The notes: generated by a model from the sequence alone, not told the origin. DNA of 64,000 bases from Heteronotia binoei (GCF_032191835.1 NC_083232.1:63922001-63986000), one strand, 5' to 3'. Positions 50,143-62,620 are shown, counted from the first letter of the stretch. Program-made: numbers and translations.

Positions 50143-50415
50143 AAGAAGAAGAAGAGTTGGATTTATACCTTGTCCTTCATTCAGAGTCTCAAAGCGACTT
50201 ACAATCACCCTCCCTTCCTCTCTCCACAACAGACACCCTGTGAGGTAGGTGGAGCTGAGCGAGCTCTCAGAGAACTGCTCTTGAGAGAATAGCTTGGAGG
50301 AACACAAGGTCACTGACCCAAGGTCACACAGCTGGCTGCATATGGAGGAGTGGGAAATCAAACCCAGCTCTCTAGATTAGAGTCCACCACTCTTAACCAC
50401 TACACCAAACTAGCT
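50143..50415 (-). mobile_element. Squam3-like SINE
   Basis: Reverse complement head CTTAACCACTACACCAAACTAGCT; GAA tail. Confidence 0.9.
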
Positions 50416-51530
50416 AGGTGAAGTGACAGTACCTGAACATCTGGTCCAGCCTCAGGGGGAGGCTGGATGCTTGAATGTGCACATCCATAATCACACCAGA
50501 ATGAAACAATTCACTTGTCCCATTTCACCTCAGACTTGCCAATCCACCTTCACCTCACACACAAAGGGTCAGCTCCTTTTTCAGACCCCCACCCATGTGG
50601 GTCTCATAGGGTATTAGCCAATCTCGGTACTACATTTAAGCCCAGAACACAGTTCCTCCAATCGAGAAGCATTAACACTTCAAAGAGAAGTGTTTTCCCT
50701 TTGGGTTGTAAAAACCCTCTCTATCCAGTGAAGTGTATTGGTTCCCATACTCTGCCTGTATATCTCCCTAACTGTCACAGAATCAGTCTTTTGTCCTTCA
50801 TTCCACAACCACTTTCTACGTAAGGATTTTGGAGAAATGCTGATATCATCAGAACTACTATATTTTGGTATTACATCATGATTTTCTTGAAAATGACTAA
50901 ATCTTAAATCATTAGCAAGTAAAGACCACTGGGGTGGAAAGGGAAAGACCACTGAAGACATTTTTAGTTTTAACTATAAAAGTTTGTGATTTTCCTTATA
51001 TGACCTCTCTGGAATATTGCCAGAGCTCAGCTCTTGTTGGCATTTAATCTGGGCATAATCCCCAAAATCTCTCCTACATTGCTAGGTTGCAGGGTACCAT
51101 ACACAGTCACTGGGCGAAGGCTTATGATGAAAATACTGTTTTCAGCTTGTGTTGTTTCTTCTGTCAGTTCCAAGTATGGTAAATGATTTGCTTATTTTTT
51201 TAAGTGTCGTATACTGCAAATATGTGTCATTTAAAAATAGAAAACACAGCAAGCATGATAATCTACACACAAATTCTTTCCTTTTTACATCTCAGATGAG
51301 TCATGCAGTAGCCTTTTTGTCATTAGAAATAATACCAGCAAGGTTTTAGAAAACATTTCAAATTGCATTCTTTCTAAAGTGCAGCTCCATACTTTATGTA
51401 GCAATTAATACATGCACGCCAGTATTACACCAGAGTTCCCTACAACAAACACATAAATGAGAATCACAAGCCTACATGTTTAACACCTATGTGCATTTTG
51501 AAAACACATCTGAACCCCTATGTGCATGGG

Positions 51531-51697
51531 GACAGTCAGGATGGTACAATGGTTCAAATCCTGACTTGCCATGAAACTTACTGCATGACACCTTGGACCA
51601 GTCACTTAACCTACCTCAGAAAGCTGTCATGATGATAAAGGGAAGAAGGGGTTTTATACATTAACCTGAGCTCCTAGGAGGAAGGATGGCATTAAAG
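51531..51697 (+). mobile_element. old MIR-like SINE
   Basis: GGTTCAAATCC...CCTTGGACCAGTCAC...AACCTACCTCA...TGAGCTCC..GAGGAAGG pattern. Confidence 0.55.
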
Positions 51698-51816
51698 TGC
51701 ACTAAACAAAGTAATGCTCATCACAGGAATACATTTGTTTTCTGCATAAAGTACTGAATTGCTTGAATGCATGTGCATTCTTTGGCCTATATTCTTTACT
51801 GGGATGTGCCCTGTGC

Positions 51817-52125
51817 AGCCCTGACCTGGATAGCCCGGGTTAGCTCGATCTTGTCAGATATCAGGAAGCTAAGTAGAGTTGATGTTGGTCTGCATTTGGA
51901 TGAGAGGCAAGCAATGATGCTTAGAGAGGCAACAGTGGGACGGCTACTAGCATCCTGGCTCCACTGATGGACCTCCTGATGGCACCTGTTTGCCACTGTG
52001 TGACACAGTGTTGGACTGGATGGGCCAATGGCTTCTCTTATGTTCTTAATGGCAAGCCACCTCTGAACATACCTCATGCCTTCAAAAGGGGTTGCCATAA
52101 GTCAGCTGCAACTTGATGACAAAAA
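51817..52125 (+). mobile_element. 5S-headed SINE interrupted by a CR1 tail fragment (~51930-52047)
   Basis: GATCTTGTCAGATATCAGGAAGCTAAG 5S-like head; SINE resumes AATGGCAAGCCACC after TTATGTTCTT. Confidence 0.7.
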
Positions 52126-52625
52126 AAAAAAGCCCTCTGCAATTCTTACTTCCTATTGCCTCCTTTTCGATAAGAGTGTGATTTGGTAACTGGGATGTCA
52201 AGTTACAGGACTGAGCATGTGTGGTTTGTTTATCAGATTATCATTCCACATGAAAGATACAAATAGCAAAACACAACTGATTACATTTTTATAGAAATAA
52301 GAGCTAGAGGGCTCATTTAGATGTCATGCAATTCGCAAAAGCCTCTTGATTACCCAAAGGGGATTCTCTGTCTTGGCCAGACATCAGTGGAACATAAAAA
52401 GGCAATCTGTGAGTGGCTGGCAAAAATCAAGAAGGAAGCTTTCATGTCATGGCAGGAAAAGGAACATTTGTAGATACTCGACTTACCTCCTTTCTTGTTT
52501 TTATAAAATCTGATTTGGACTAGAAACAATTTCTGTGCCCACATATGGATAGAGAGCTAACAGTGCAACATTCTCCAAATGTTCATACAAATTTATGGCC
52601 GCTAGAGAAGTTAAATTATTCTGTG

Positions 52626-52667
52626 CAAATTCAGGACAAAGCTGTCCAAATTCAGGACAAAGCTGTC
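52626..52667. repeat. perfect 21-bp tandem duplication
   Basis: CAAATTCAGGACAAAGCTGTC twice. Confidence 0.95.
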
Positions 52668-53013
52668 CATTGGTATCTATTGGTCATAGATACCAATGGA
52701 CAGCTGCAAGATTTTGCTGAATTTGTTCTCCACTTTACTCATAGGTACCCAGAGGTGTAAGTTTTTGCTTGAATCAACAGACAAGAGCCAAAGGATCTTT
52801 GTCCTTCAGCTTTCAGCCTGCAGGTCATTGCCTAGAGCTGGGTAGAAGATTGGCTAGCAGAAAGAGAAAAGACCTGCTTGGCACTCAGAAGCCTCTCCAA
52901 TTTTTCCTGTTCGTGTTATATTTTTTTCTGTATCATTTTCTGCCTTCTGGGTCATCACTGGGGAGAAAAGACAGGTATTAAATACCCAGATTAATATCAA
53001 GGAATGTGAGGAC

Positions 53014-53229
53014 CAGTGTTCCCTCTAAGCTGAGTTAGCGTAAACTAGCTCACCGATTTTTAGCCTCCAGTTCACACATTTTTGTCTCAGCTCAGGAAAA
53101 TTGACCCCAGAACACATTAATTTATGCAGTAACCCACAACTTTAATGCCAATAGCTCACAACTTTGATACCAGTGGCTCACAAAATAGAATTTTTGCTCA
53201 CAAGACTCTGCAATTTAGAGGGAACATTG
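53014..53229. mobile_element. hAT-type MITE (CAGTGTTCCCTCTA TIR)
   Basis: CAGTGTTCCCTCTA / TAGAGGGAACATTG; TSD degenerate. Confidence 0.75.
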
Positions 53230-54055
53230 GTAAGTAATTCCTTTTTTTTGCATGTAGCTGGAAGTACCCTGGATGTGACTGCACTCTGTAGAGAAAGGGT
53301 TTACTAACACAAAGTTTATGGGCTTCAAAGCACACCAATGTGCAGTCAAAGTACACCGACAGAACTGAGAAAATGGTAAAGGTCTGAATTCCATAGTATA
53401 TCAACACTTCCACAGTCAGTCCAATTGAGCTTATAACTCTTTGTTGCTACACATATACCTTAAAGGGGCTATTATTAAATTAATGCTCTTTTTATTATTT
53501 TCTTGTATTGTACCACTTTGCAAGCCACAGCAACCAAGTCTCTAGAGAGGTGATATTTAAACCTTATGAATAAATATCAAGAACAATTTGCAAGCATTAG
53601 AATTTAGTTCATGGCATTAAAAATTGCTAAAGGAAACACTGGGTGCTTGTGGGAAGGTTTATTGTGATTGCATACGCCTCCATTATGAAGGTATGCTTCT
53701 TTTTTCATGAGTTTTGTCTCTTTTTTCCAGAGTTTTGCCTCTTAGGTACCATGCTCATTTAAACAGGACCCAAAGTGCCCAACAATACTGCCCTTGATGC
53801 TGGTCCCATGCTAGTTAGATCAGAGAACAGTAATAAGCAAAAATGTATTTAGTGGAGTACCACAGCACCACAGAGGATGACGTTAATGGATAATCTCTGA
53901 AAGGGAGATGATAACTTGTGCATTACATAGCGGATACATGTGTCAGCACTGACCCCCTCACAGCAAATATGACAAAACCCCAGACACCCGGTTCCAAAAT
54001 GGATGAAGAGTTGAGAAAGAAACTTCTCTACCACAATACTTGTATTTTTTCAGCA

Positions 54056-54330
54056 GAGGAGGAGTAGTAGTAGTTGGATTTATACCCCAGCCTTCCTTCA
54101 GAATCTCATAGCAGTTTAAAATCTCCTTCCCTTCCTCTCCCCACAGCAGACACTCTGTGAGGTAGGTGGGGCTGAGAGAGCTCTTCTTTGAACTGCTCTT
54201 GAGAGAACAGCTCTGAAAGAACTGTGACTGGCCCAAGGTCACCCAGCTAGCTGCATTTGGATGAGTGGGGACTCAGACCTGGTTCTCCAGAATAGAGTCT
54301 GCCACTCTTAACCACTACACCACACCGGCT
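54056..54330 (-). mobile_element. Squam3-like SINE
   Basis: As other copies. Confidence 0.9.
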
Positions 54331-55656
54331 AGACAGAAGATCCCTAATGAGCACTGCTCTGTCAAAGAGGTTATTCTTTCTTCAAGTAACAAGCCATGCC
54401 TCCTTTGGGAATTAATCGAACAATAAAGCCAGCACAGCCTGATTGCCATAACAGTTCACAAAAAACAACATTTCTAGATTTGAGCCAGGCCTATAGATCC
54501 AGTGGTGGCTACCTTTCTCTTTCAGACGCACAGGATACTAACAGAACAAAGGCAATGAGCATCCATTGTTTATGTACCCAGCATCTAATATATGAATCCT
54601 AGTAACAGAGTACATTTTATCTCTCTAAACAGTACAATAAAGAATAAATACTTAGGAATATACAAATAGCAAAACACAATTGCAATTATTTGCATCTGTC
54701 TTGCTAGCCTTGGACAAGCGGTCAAAAGGATAAGTATTTTAAAGCATTCTGCGCATCAAAAAGATGCTATAAAATAATAAATGATGTACAGTAACTCTGC
54801 ACTTTTGCCCTTCATGTCTAAATAAGTGGTCTCTGAAACAAATTCCATTTAACTTGTGACATAATTGCTATCAATTCTGTTGGTTTAGTGCAAATAATAA
54901 ACAGGTTCTGTGACCAGTTTCTTTCAACCTCTGCAATATCTCCCCTCTCCCCCCCCCACACACACTGTATGAAAGACATGAGGTTGCAAATAACGGCCAA
55001 ACAAATGCCAGCAACAACTACCTCATGCACCGCTGCTTCCCAGCTTCTGAGTCTAAGCTTACTAACAAAACTGAGTTCATTGCTCGGCCAATCCCATCAG
55101 CCTCTGAGAAGAAAGAATGCTTTGCATAGCCTACAGCAGCTATTGTTAGATGATCCAAAAGGAGGCATTAGAAACGACTTTCTGAAGAAGTCTCAATCCA
55201 TTATTGTCCATGCAGAATTAGGTCTGAATCAGAAAGCCTCATTTTGAGGAAAACCAAGGTAATATGCAGCATGTTAAACTATAGACAAAAGTATCATGTA
55301 TTTTAACAGCCTTGAAGACACATTCTGTTAAAGTGTTAGTTTCTCATTACACATTACACAACCCTTGTGTCTGCCTTATCCTTTGTAACTGCAAGACTGC
55401 TCCTGGCCTTGCATTTGGCTTCCTCTTTTTAAAAGTACTGAATAATGAGTGATCAAACGTGAACAATTATTTGCCCGTAACTGAATGTTAATTGCAAAAG
55501 GATACCTGTGTCCATCCATCATAGCAAACTAAAACAAAAGCCCAGTGGCTAATACTGAAATAAATGTTGTTGGACTCTAAGGCGCCACTGGACTTAACTG
55601 TCAGCCAGTAGATGGTGCCATTATTTTTAACTATCCTCTAATTACTACTGTCCTGA

Positions 55657-55825
55657 CTCTTGGAAGCTAAGCAGAGTTGATCCTGGTTAGTATTTGAATG
55701 GGAGACCAACAATAAATTCTAGGGTCACTATGCAAAGGAAGACAATGGCAAACCACCTCTGCTGTTAGTCTCTTGCCTTGAAACGCTACAGGGTCACCAT
55801 AAATTGGCTGTGACTTGACAGCACT
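55657..55825 (+). mobile_element. 5S-headed SINE
   Basis: GGAAGCTAAGCAGAG...CCTGGTTAGTATTTGAATGGGAGACC then CAATGGCAAACCACC. Confidence 0.75.
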
Positions 55826-55851
55826 GTACAACTGGTGCATATGGTAACTGG

Positions 55852-56048
55852 CAGGGGTTCTTTTGTAGGAAAAGCCCAGTGGGGACTCATTTGCATATTA
55901 GGCCATACCCACTGATGTCATCATTGTTTCACATAGGGATGTTTGTAGAAAAAGCCCTGCAGGATTATTTGCATATTAAGCCACACACCCCGATGCCAAG
56001 CCTGACGGAACTGAGTTCCTGCGCATTCCTGCTAAAAAAAAAGCCCTG
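55852..56048. mobile_element. hAT-type MITE with two ATTTGCAT motifs
   Basis: CAGGGGTTCTTTT / AAAAAAAGCCCTG; TSD GTAACTGG/GTAACTGA (7/8); a related half-copy lies near 33800-33903. Confidence 0.75.
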
Positions 56049-56197
56049 GTAACTGAAAACATTGAGGGGACTTGTTGCTTTAGAGTTTAATTGCCCTTAC
56101 TATGGTTGCTTGCCAGAAGTTTTACTTTTGGTACCCAAAACATCAGCTTTCACAAAAAGAACATCATATAAAAAATTAACTATTTGTAATCTCTCTG

Positions 56198-56372
56198 GGA
56201 GGGAAGGCAGCATGGTACAGCTTGATCTTCTCAAATCTTGGAAGCTAAGCAGAGTTAGTACTTGGATGGGAGAAGGCGATAATAAACCACCTGTGCTTCT
56301 CACCTTCCCTGAAAGCTCCTTTCTGGGGTGGCCATAAATTGGCTGAGACTTGACGGCACCTTACACACACAC
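56198..56372 (+). mobile_element. 5S-headed SINE
   Basis: GATCTTCTCAAATCTTGGAAGCTAAGCAG...TTAGTACTTGGATGGGAG; tail GACTTGACGGCAC(AC)n. Confidence 0.75.
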
Positions 56373-56570
56373 AAATATATCTCTATATTTAATGGTAAAA
56401 ATATAATATAGAAGTATTACTCTTTTGGATCCAGTTTGGCAAGGAATTTCCTCATTAATCAAAGCAAACAATCAGGGAATGGTGTCCCTGCTCTTGTCAG
56501 CCTCTTTATATGAGTATGCAAGGCTGGTGTAACTTCTCTGTTCTTTCCACCTATTTTTAATAATAATTAA

Positions 56571-56755
56571 GTGTGTCAAGTCATGGCAATGCCTCATGGA
56601 GTTTTCAAGGCAAAAGATGAGTAGAGGTGATTTGCCATTGTGTTCTTCTGCATGGCAACCCATCTTCTTTGGTGTTTTCTCATCCAAGTACAAACCAGGG
56701 CAACTCTTAGCTTCTGAGCCCTGATGAGCTCAAGCTAATTTAGGCTATTCAGGCT
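56571..56755 (-). mobile_element. 5S-headed SINE
   Basis: Reverse complement TCAGAAGCTAAG...TTTGTACTTGGATGAG...CAATGGCAAATCACC. Confidence 0.7.
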
Positions 56756-57466
56756 CTCCACCTACCTTACAGGACCATAAAAGAGACACAAATGAACAGA
56801 AAGCATGTTAATTGTATAATGTGTAATGAGACCCTAAATTCTCCTCCAATGCATTAATATGCCTTTCAATAAGACACAAGCAAATATTTTCCAAAAGCAG
56901 TGAGCTACAGGGAGATGGGAAAGCATCAACACCCACATCTCAGGCTCTCACAATACCCCACTTCTTCCATCTTTAATTTGTTCACTTTATAGGAGAACAT
57001 GTGAAATGAACATATAAATAGTGATTTTCTTCAAGTTCATTTCTTCAAGATCATTCCTGAGGATTTTTTTTAGTTGCCCCCTCCCCCAGTCAATAACTGT
57101 GACTCTGTTTCAGCAAATCCAGATTTCTTTGTCCAACACAGTACTTTTGTTGCAGGGACATCACATATTTGGAGCATTTGACCCACAATATCATATTATG
57201 TGGAAATGTGTGCAGGCTAGGAAACCGCAGCAACACAGCTGCAGGCAAATGTAGGCAAGGCAACTTTATCTTCTCATATGGCACAGCTAAGAGCCACTAC
57301 CATACCTCAACAATTATCTCCTCACACTCCTCTTGAGCCCCTACCACATTCAGAAAAACACAAGGTAGTTGGTCAGATGATAGATGTTTCTTTCTAGTAT
57401 CCTCCAGCAGCACCTTGCCTGCTCCCTAGACGATCAGGGTCCTGGGGATTTTGTAAATTCATTCCC

Positions 57467-57773
57467 TGTTGGTAGAGTGCCTCTGCAACAATCAGGACAC
57501 TGAACTGATTAGAACAGTAAAGAAAGCTTTATTTAGGAACTAACAACCTTGACAGGAAACAGAAGCAATAAACCTAGCCACGTAACTAGCTGAGAGAGTT
57601 CTAGACTATTCTAGAAGAAAAGTTTAAGAGTAACATTTTGCAATCAGCCAAGGGGGGGGAAACCTTTCAGAAAGAAGATACTCCCTTTACAGTCCGATCT
57701 AGCTAGAACTTGCTGCCTCCTGCAGGATCTTTCTTCCTCTTCTTCGTATGCAAGACATTGCTATATTCCAACA
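57467..57773 (-). mobile_element. solo LTR, 307 bp, related to 47348-47660
   Basis: TGTTGG...CCAACA; minus-strand TTCCTAAATAAA and CTCTACCAACA end resemble the 47.3-kb LTR; TSD weak. Confidence 0.55.
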
Positions 57774-58414
57774 TTTCTCCACTGGTAGCCTTGCTTGCAG
57801 AGATATTTGTTGGCAGGTAGATTGGAGCTAACACATTTTCTAAGGATTATACTCTGCCAACCAATGAATGGACAGACATGGACTTTAACAAAATAATATT
57901 AAATGGCTGGGCTTTGGAAAGTCACACTATTCAGTTGGAGGTAGGAATAGAGAAACAAGTGTGGTTGCAGAGAAGAAGTAGCCACAGCAAAGCAAACACA
58001 GCATTTCTACAATTTTCCCGTGGTTTAACTGATCATTTGGTTAATTCCCTGTAAAACTACTTGGACAGAAAAACCACCCTGAAGCTCATGAGCTGGACTC
58101 CCTCAAATACGGTATGTCAGAATGTATGGCGCTATTAGCCTGGGGGAATGAACATTTCTTGCTGTTTTCAAGAACCATTTGCTGTCAGGAGTATAAGGCT
58201 CTTGTCATTAATCCACACCTCTTACTTGTAATTAGTGAAATCATTAGCAGGCATTTCCTGTTTTAATTGCTCTGTTCACTGTTAGTTGAAGCCTGAAATA
58301 TTCTGAACACACCAGGGCAATGAAAATTTAGAGCATGTATTTCAAAATTAAGAACTCCTTCTGTTAAATATTTCAAATCTTTTGTAGTCACCCAATGAAG
58401 AAGGGAACTAATTG

Positions 58415-58645
58415 GAATTTCATTTCATTCTGTTCCACACCTTCATATTCTGGGCTCTCATCAAGAAATTCAGAGTGGCATACATGTTTCTCTCCCCCAC
58501 CACCACCACCACCATGTCTGGTAAATTGGACTGAAAGAGGGTGGTACCCCCAGAGTCACCTAGTGAACTTTGGTGTCCATTGCAGATTCAAACTCAAGTG
58601 TATCTGATTCACGTCCAGCATTCTGACTACTAGGCCACAGTGAAG
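58415..58645 (-). mobile_element. old MIR/L2-type SINE
   Basis: CAGAGTGGCATACA...CCCAGAGTCACCTAGTGA...GATTCAAACTC...ACTACTAGGCCACA. Confidence 0.45.
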
Positions 58646-59546
58646 GTTCAAGCCAGATGTGTGTTGGGAGTTCCATGTGCATAGCTCCCAGTGTTTTTTA
58701 AAACTTGATTGTGAGGTGTGTGGGAACCAAAGCCAGATTAAGACATGACATGTGGGAATGGAGGTTAAATTTAATCTCTCTTGTTGTTTTCCTGATCTGA
58801 AATGGTCTGGGTAGCTGCTTTTTGTCCCAATGATATCTACTCATAAATAGCATCCAGTGGGACACACAGAGGAAAATGCCATGGGGGGGAAGTCTAAGAA
58901 TCCATCCCCCCACAATCTCAATCTGAATTCCTCCCACCATACCTGACTTAATAAATTCACTGTAAATTCTGAACACAAAACCCTTAGGAGACATCTTGTA
59001 TGGCCCTAGCCCTGGCTCTTCACTGTGGGTGCTTCCATTTCCTGGTCAGTTCCTATATCCCTAATTCCATTTTTCTCCTAGATTCCTATAATTCATCTAG
59101 TTGTACATATTTCATGTCCAGTCTGGCATGCAGCTAACAGGACTCACAGCCTCATGTCATCTTTTGAATATCTGAAAAGTCCAGAGCTAGTGCTGCAACT
59201 AGTCATTTTTTATACCAAGGCAGCCCAATTCTATACACACATCTCTCCCTCCAAGACGGTGGCCTCGCTGACCAATCTCACTATGTCTCTAAGCAAACTG
59301 GAATTGTCCTTTGTGGCTATCATCATAATATCTCTAATTATTCCACATTGAAAAGAAAACATGATATAGTTTTAAAGGATTTTAATGGCTAACAATAAAT
59401 CTCAAGTCAGGGCACCTCACCCTAGTTACACAAAATCAGCCTTAAGAAATTATCATGAATACTACCTATGTGGCTAGAATTGCAAAGGGCAATGCGCAGA
59501 GATTTGATTATTTCAAAGGCCTAGTATGGGGGGGGGGGGGGTGGCA

Positions 59547-59733
59547 AAATGCCATCAAGTTGCAGCTGACTTATGGTGATTCCAGCAAAGGGCTTTCAAG
59601 GCAAGTGAGAAGCAGAGGGGCTTGCCATTGCCTTCCTCTGCAGAATCTTCCTTGGTGTCTCCTATCCAAGTATCAACCTTACTGAGCTTCTGAGATCTGA
59701 AGACCAGGATATTCCATGCTGCCTTTCCTCCCC
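59547..59733 (-). mobile_element. 5S-headed SINE
   Basis: Reverse complement GGAGGAAAGGCAGCATGG...GATCTCAGAAGCTCAG...GATACTTGGATAGGAGAC...GGCAATGGCAAGCC. Confidence 0.75.
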
Positions 59734-60246
59734 TAGTATCAACAGAATATGAAAATAGTTCTCTTCCTGCCTATAGTATCTCTGGTTCTATGAACAGCCA
59801 GCCCTCCTAGACTGTGGAACACCATCTTAAGAAACACTTTCCAAACTGGACACTTTCTTCTATTAAGGCACTCATCTGTTGGTCACTTACTTTGATCAGA
59901 AAGCTGAAGTGCTGGAATCCCTTGCATGCTGTGGAGAGAAAACAAAAAGTTATGATTAAGTACTTGCGTACATACCACTTTCTGTGGTAAATAATTTTAA
60001 TATATACTCATTTGTGAAATATAGCTATCCTCTTGTGCTTAAAAATATATATTTGTAAAACCCAGACATTAACAGAGGAAAAAGGAAAGGAAAGAAAAGA
60101 TTTTGGTAAAGCATCAGAGACTGACTGGTTTCTTCTAAGACAAGAAATTCTTGCTCAACTTTAGATTTTGCCTGGAATATTTATTAGTGAGTATCATCAA
60201 AAAAGCTAAAGAATGGGGGCATCACATTTACTACTCATATGCAATC

Positions 60247-60686
60247 TGTCAAGTCGACGGATTCAAGAATGAGTCAAAGTTGATACTAAGACTACATTTA
60301 TTGATAACCGGTACTCTGGCGCAAGCCTCTAGCTTGCTAAGAATGAAACCAATACATTGATACATGGGTTTTAAGATACACTTCAAAAACATTCCTTGGG
60401 GGAGTGGGGTTCAGGAGGAAACATTCACACATAACTACCAGATACTTTCTCAGGCGATAGCTGGCCTCCTGTCCTTGTATTATCATGCAAGGATTCCTCC
60501 CACCTCAGGCCCTGAGAAGGCGCTGACTATTTCTTTCACACAATTGCAAATCAAAATAAGAAAAGGGGGGAAGGGAAGTAACTAAGAGTAGAACATTAGC
60601 AGCAGTGGATCCATTATGATTTTAACCAGGCCTGATACTTAGGCCAAGATCCCCCAGTCTTTAGTCATAATCAGTCGATCTTGACA
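60247..60686 (-). repeat. 3' LTR, 440 bp
   Basis: 7-bp inverted termini; AATAAA on the minus strand at 60297-60302; first 231 bp match 63682-63912 with 6 differences. Confidence 0.95.
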
Positions 60687-60700
60687 TACTGCCCCCGTTA
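60687..60700 (-). promoter_or_regulatory. polypurine tract
   Basis: Minus strand TAACGGGGGCAGTA directly precedes the 3' LTR. Confidence 0.7.
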
Positions 60701-60714
60701 AGCTGACCTTCTCG

Positions 60715-62060
60715 GTCTCTGAGGGTGCTTAGTTAGAAACTTCTTAATCAGATCAGGGGCTGACATCTTTTTCTGCTACCCACTCATTTTCCCTAGGAGG
60801 GAAATGCTTCCATTTAATTAGATAGTACAGCTTTCCATGTTTAATCTTTGAGTCCAGGATTTCCTGGATCTCATGGTGACTTTGATTCCCCATCTGGATA
60901 GGTTGAGGTGCTTCCGGCCGAGGATGCCAAGGGGAACACCCAGGGTCCTTCTGAAGAAGACTGCAATGAAAGACAGGGTGTACTTTACTAAACATTTTTG
61001 CTAACTCCAGCTCTACTGTAACTTTATTTATCACCCTTTTGATCTTAAATAGACCCAGGTACTTATATGCCAATTTTTTGGACGGTTGGTTAAGTGGAAG
61101 GTTTTTTGTGGACACAAATACCGAGTCCCCTACTTTGAAATCCCAAGCGGGGACATGGCTTTTGTCATATTGTTTTTTGTAAGCCTCCTTGGCTGCTTCC
61201 AGGTTCTCCTGTATTTCCTTCCAACTTTTAGTCAGGGTGCCCCACCACTGATTGAACGGGCTTGGTTCCTTCTTTGTGCCTCCTCCTGGGAGCAAAGGGA
61301 GGGGTTTTCCCACATATCCACTCACCTTTTGAAATGGTGAGGCTTTAGTGGAGCTGTGAACGCTATTATTATAGCAGTATTCAGCGAAAGGGAGGAGATC
61401 CACCCAATTGGATTGTTGATGGTTGATGTAACACCTTAAATACTGCTCTAATAACCCGTTCATGCGTTCCGTCTGTCCGTCCATCTGCAGGTGGTAGGCG
61501 GAATTCAACCCCTGCTCCATGCCCATTAGTTTGCAAAACTCCCGCCAGAAATTGGCAACGAATTGTGGGCCACGGTCGCTAATCACCTTGTCTGGAATTG
61601 AGTGTAGTTTGGCTACATGGTTGAAGAACAAGTAAGCCAGTTTCTTGGCGGTGGGGAGTTGGGCGCAGGGAATGAAGTGGGCTTGTTTGGAAAAAGTGTC
61701 CACTACCACCAATATTACTGTTTTGCCATGAGAGAGCAGTAGCTCCACAATGAAGTCCATGGAGACTATTGACCAGGCTCTAGAGGCGGTCTCCAGCAGT
61801 TTGAGCAATCTGGGGGGTTTCCCCCCCTTCTTTTGGCCATTATGCAAATGGGACAAGTGGTCACAAACTCGGATATATCCTTTTTCATGCAGGGCCACCA
61901 AAATTGTCTGTTAACCAAGTGCAGGGTCTTAACATACCCAAAGTGCCCAGCCAGTTTGTTGGAATGGCAGAACTGTAGCACTTCTGATCTCATGGTCTTG
62001 GGAACGTATAGCTTTTCTCCCTTGTACCATAGCCCATCCTCCTGTTTCTGAATTTCCCCT
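60715..62060 (-). pseudogene. pol: integrase with HHCC finger, DDE core, GPF-like motif and C-terminal chromodomain; frameshifted
   Basis: H...GHFG...CPIC; SMDFI, ISDRGPQF, GQTERMN; YLGLFKI; HEIQEILDSKIKHGKLYYLIKWKHF..ENEW; frameshifts near 61830 and 60760. Confidence 0.92.
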
Positions 62061-62209
62061 GGCCGTTCCTCCCCCTCCTTCTCGATTTCTGTTGCCATTC
62101 TTTCTGTCCCCCACCCCTGTAGTTGGCGTTTCTTTTGTGACCAGGTGGTTACAACCGCGGCCACCCAGGTGGGCGGAATCAAGGAGTCCACTACCTCTTC
62201 TCTCTGACT

Positions 62210-62620
62210 ATTGTGCTGCGGCAGGTGGGACAGCGCATCAGCTAGAAAGTTTTTTGTGCCTGGGATGTGCTTGAGCACAAAATCGAATTTAGAAAAGAAC
62301 CCTGCCAACCTGATCTGTTTTTCACTCAGTTTCCTCTTCCCTGTGAGGGCTTCGAGGTTTTTGTGGTCGGTCCATATTTCAAACTTTCGCCCCCTCTAAC
62401 CAAGACCGCCACGTTTTCAGTGCAAACATTACTGCAAACGCCTCTTTGTCCCACACCGACCAGTTCCTTTGCTCCACTGTGAATTTTTTCGAAATATAGG
62501 TGCAGGGCCTCAGTTTCCCTTCCTCATCTTTCTGCATGAGAATGGCTCCAACGGCTACATCGGAGGTGTCGCATTGCACCACAAAGGGCTTAAGCTCGTT
62601 GGGGTGTCTCAGGACCGGCT
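62210..62620 (-). pseudogene. pol: RNase H domain of pol
   Basis: PFVVQCDTSDVAVGAIL, RNWSVWDKEAFAV, TDHKNL, NFLADALS; one frameshift near 62380. Confidence 0.9.

Noticed and set aside
51817-59733. 5S rRNA genes; also tRNA genes at the SINE heads elsewhere
   Set aside because: Only partial, diverged 5S or tRNA-like heads fused to retroposon tails; no complete gene structure.
61150-61167. 18-bp identity (GGGACATGGCTTTTGTCA) between the Gypsy integrase and the Polinton-like TIR (23702-23719)
   Set aside because: It lies in-frame in integrase coding sequence with no extension on either side; treated as coincidence.
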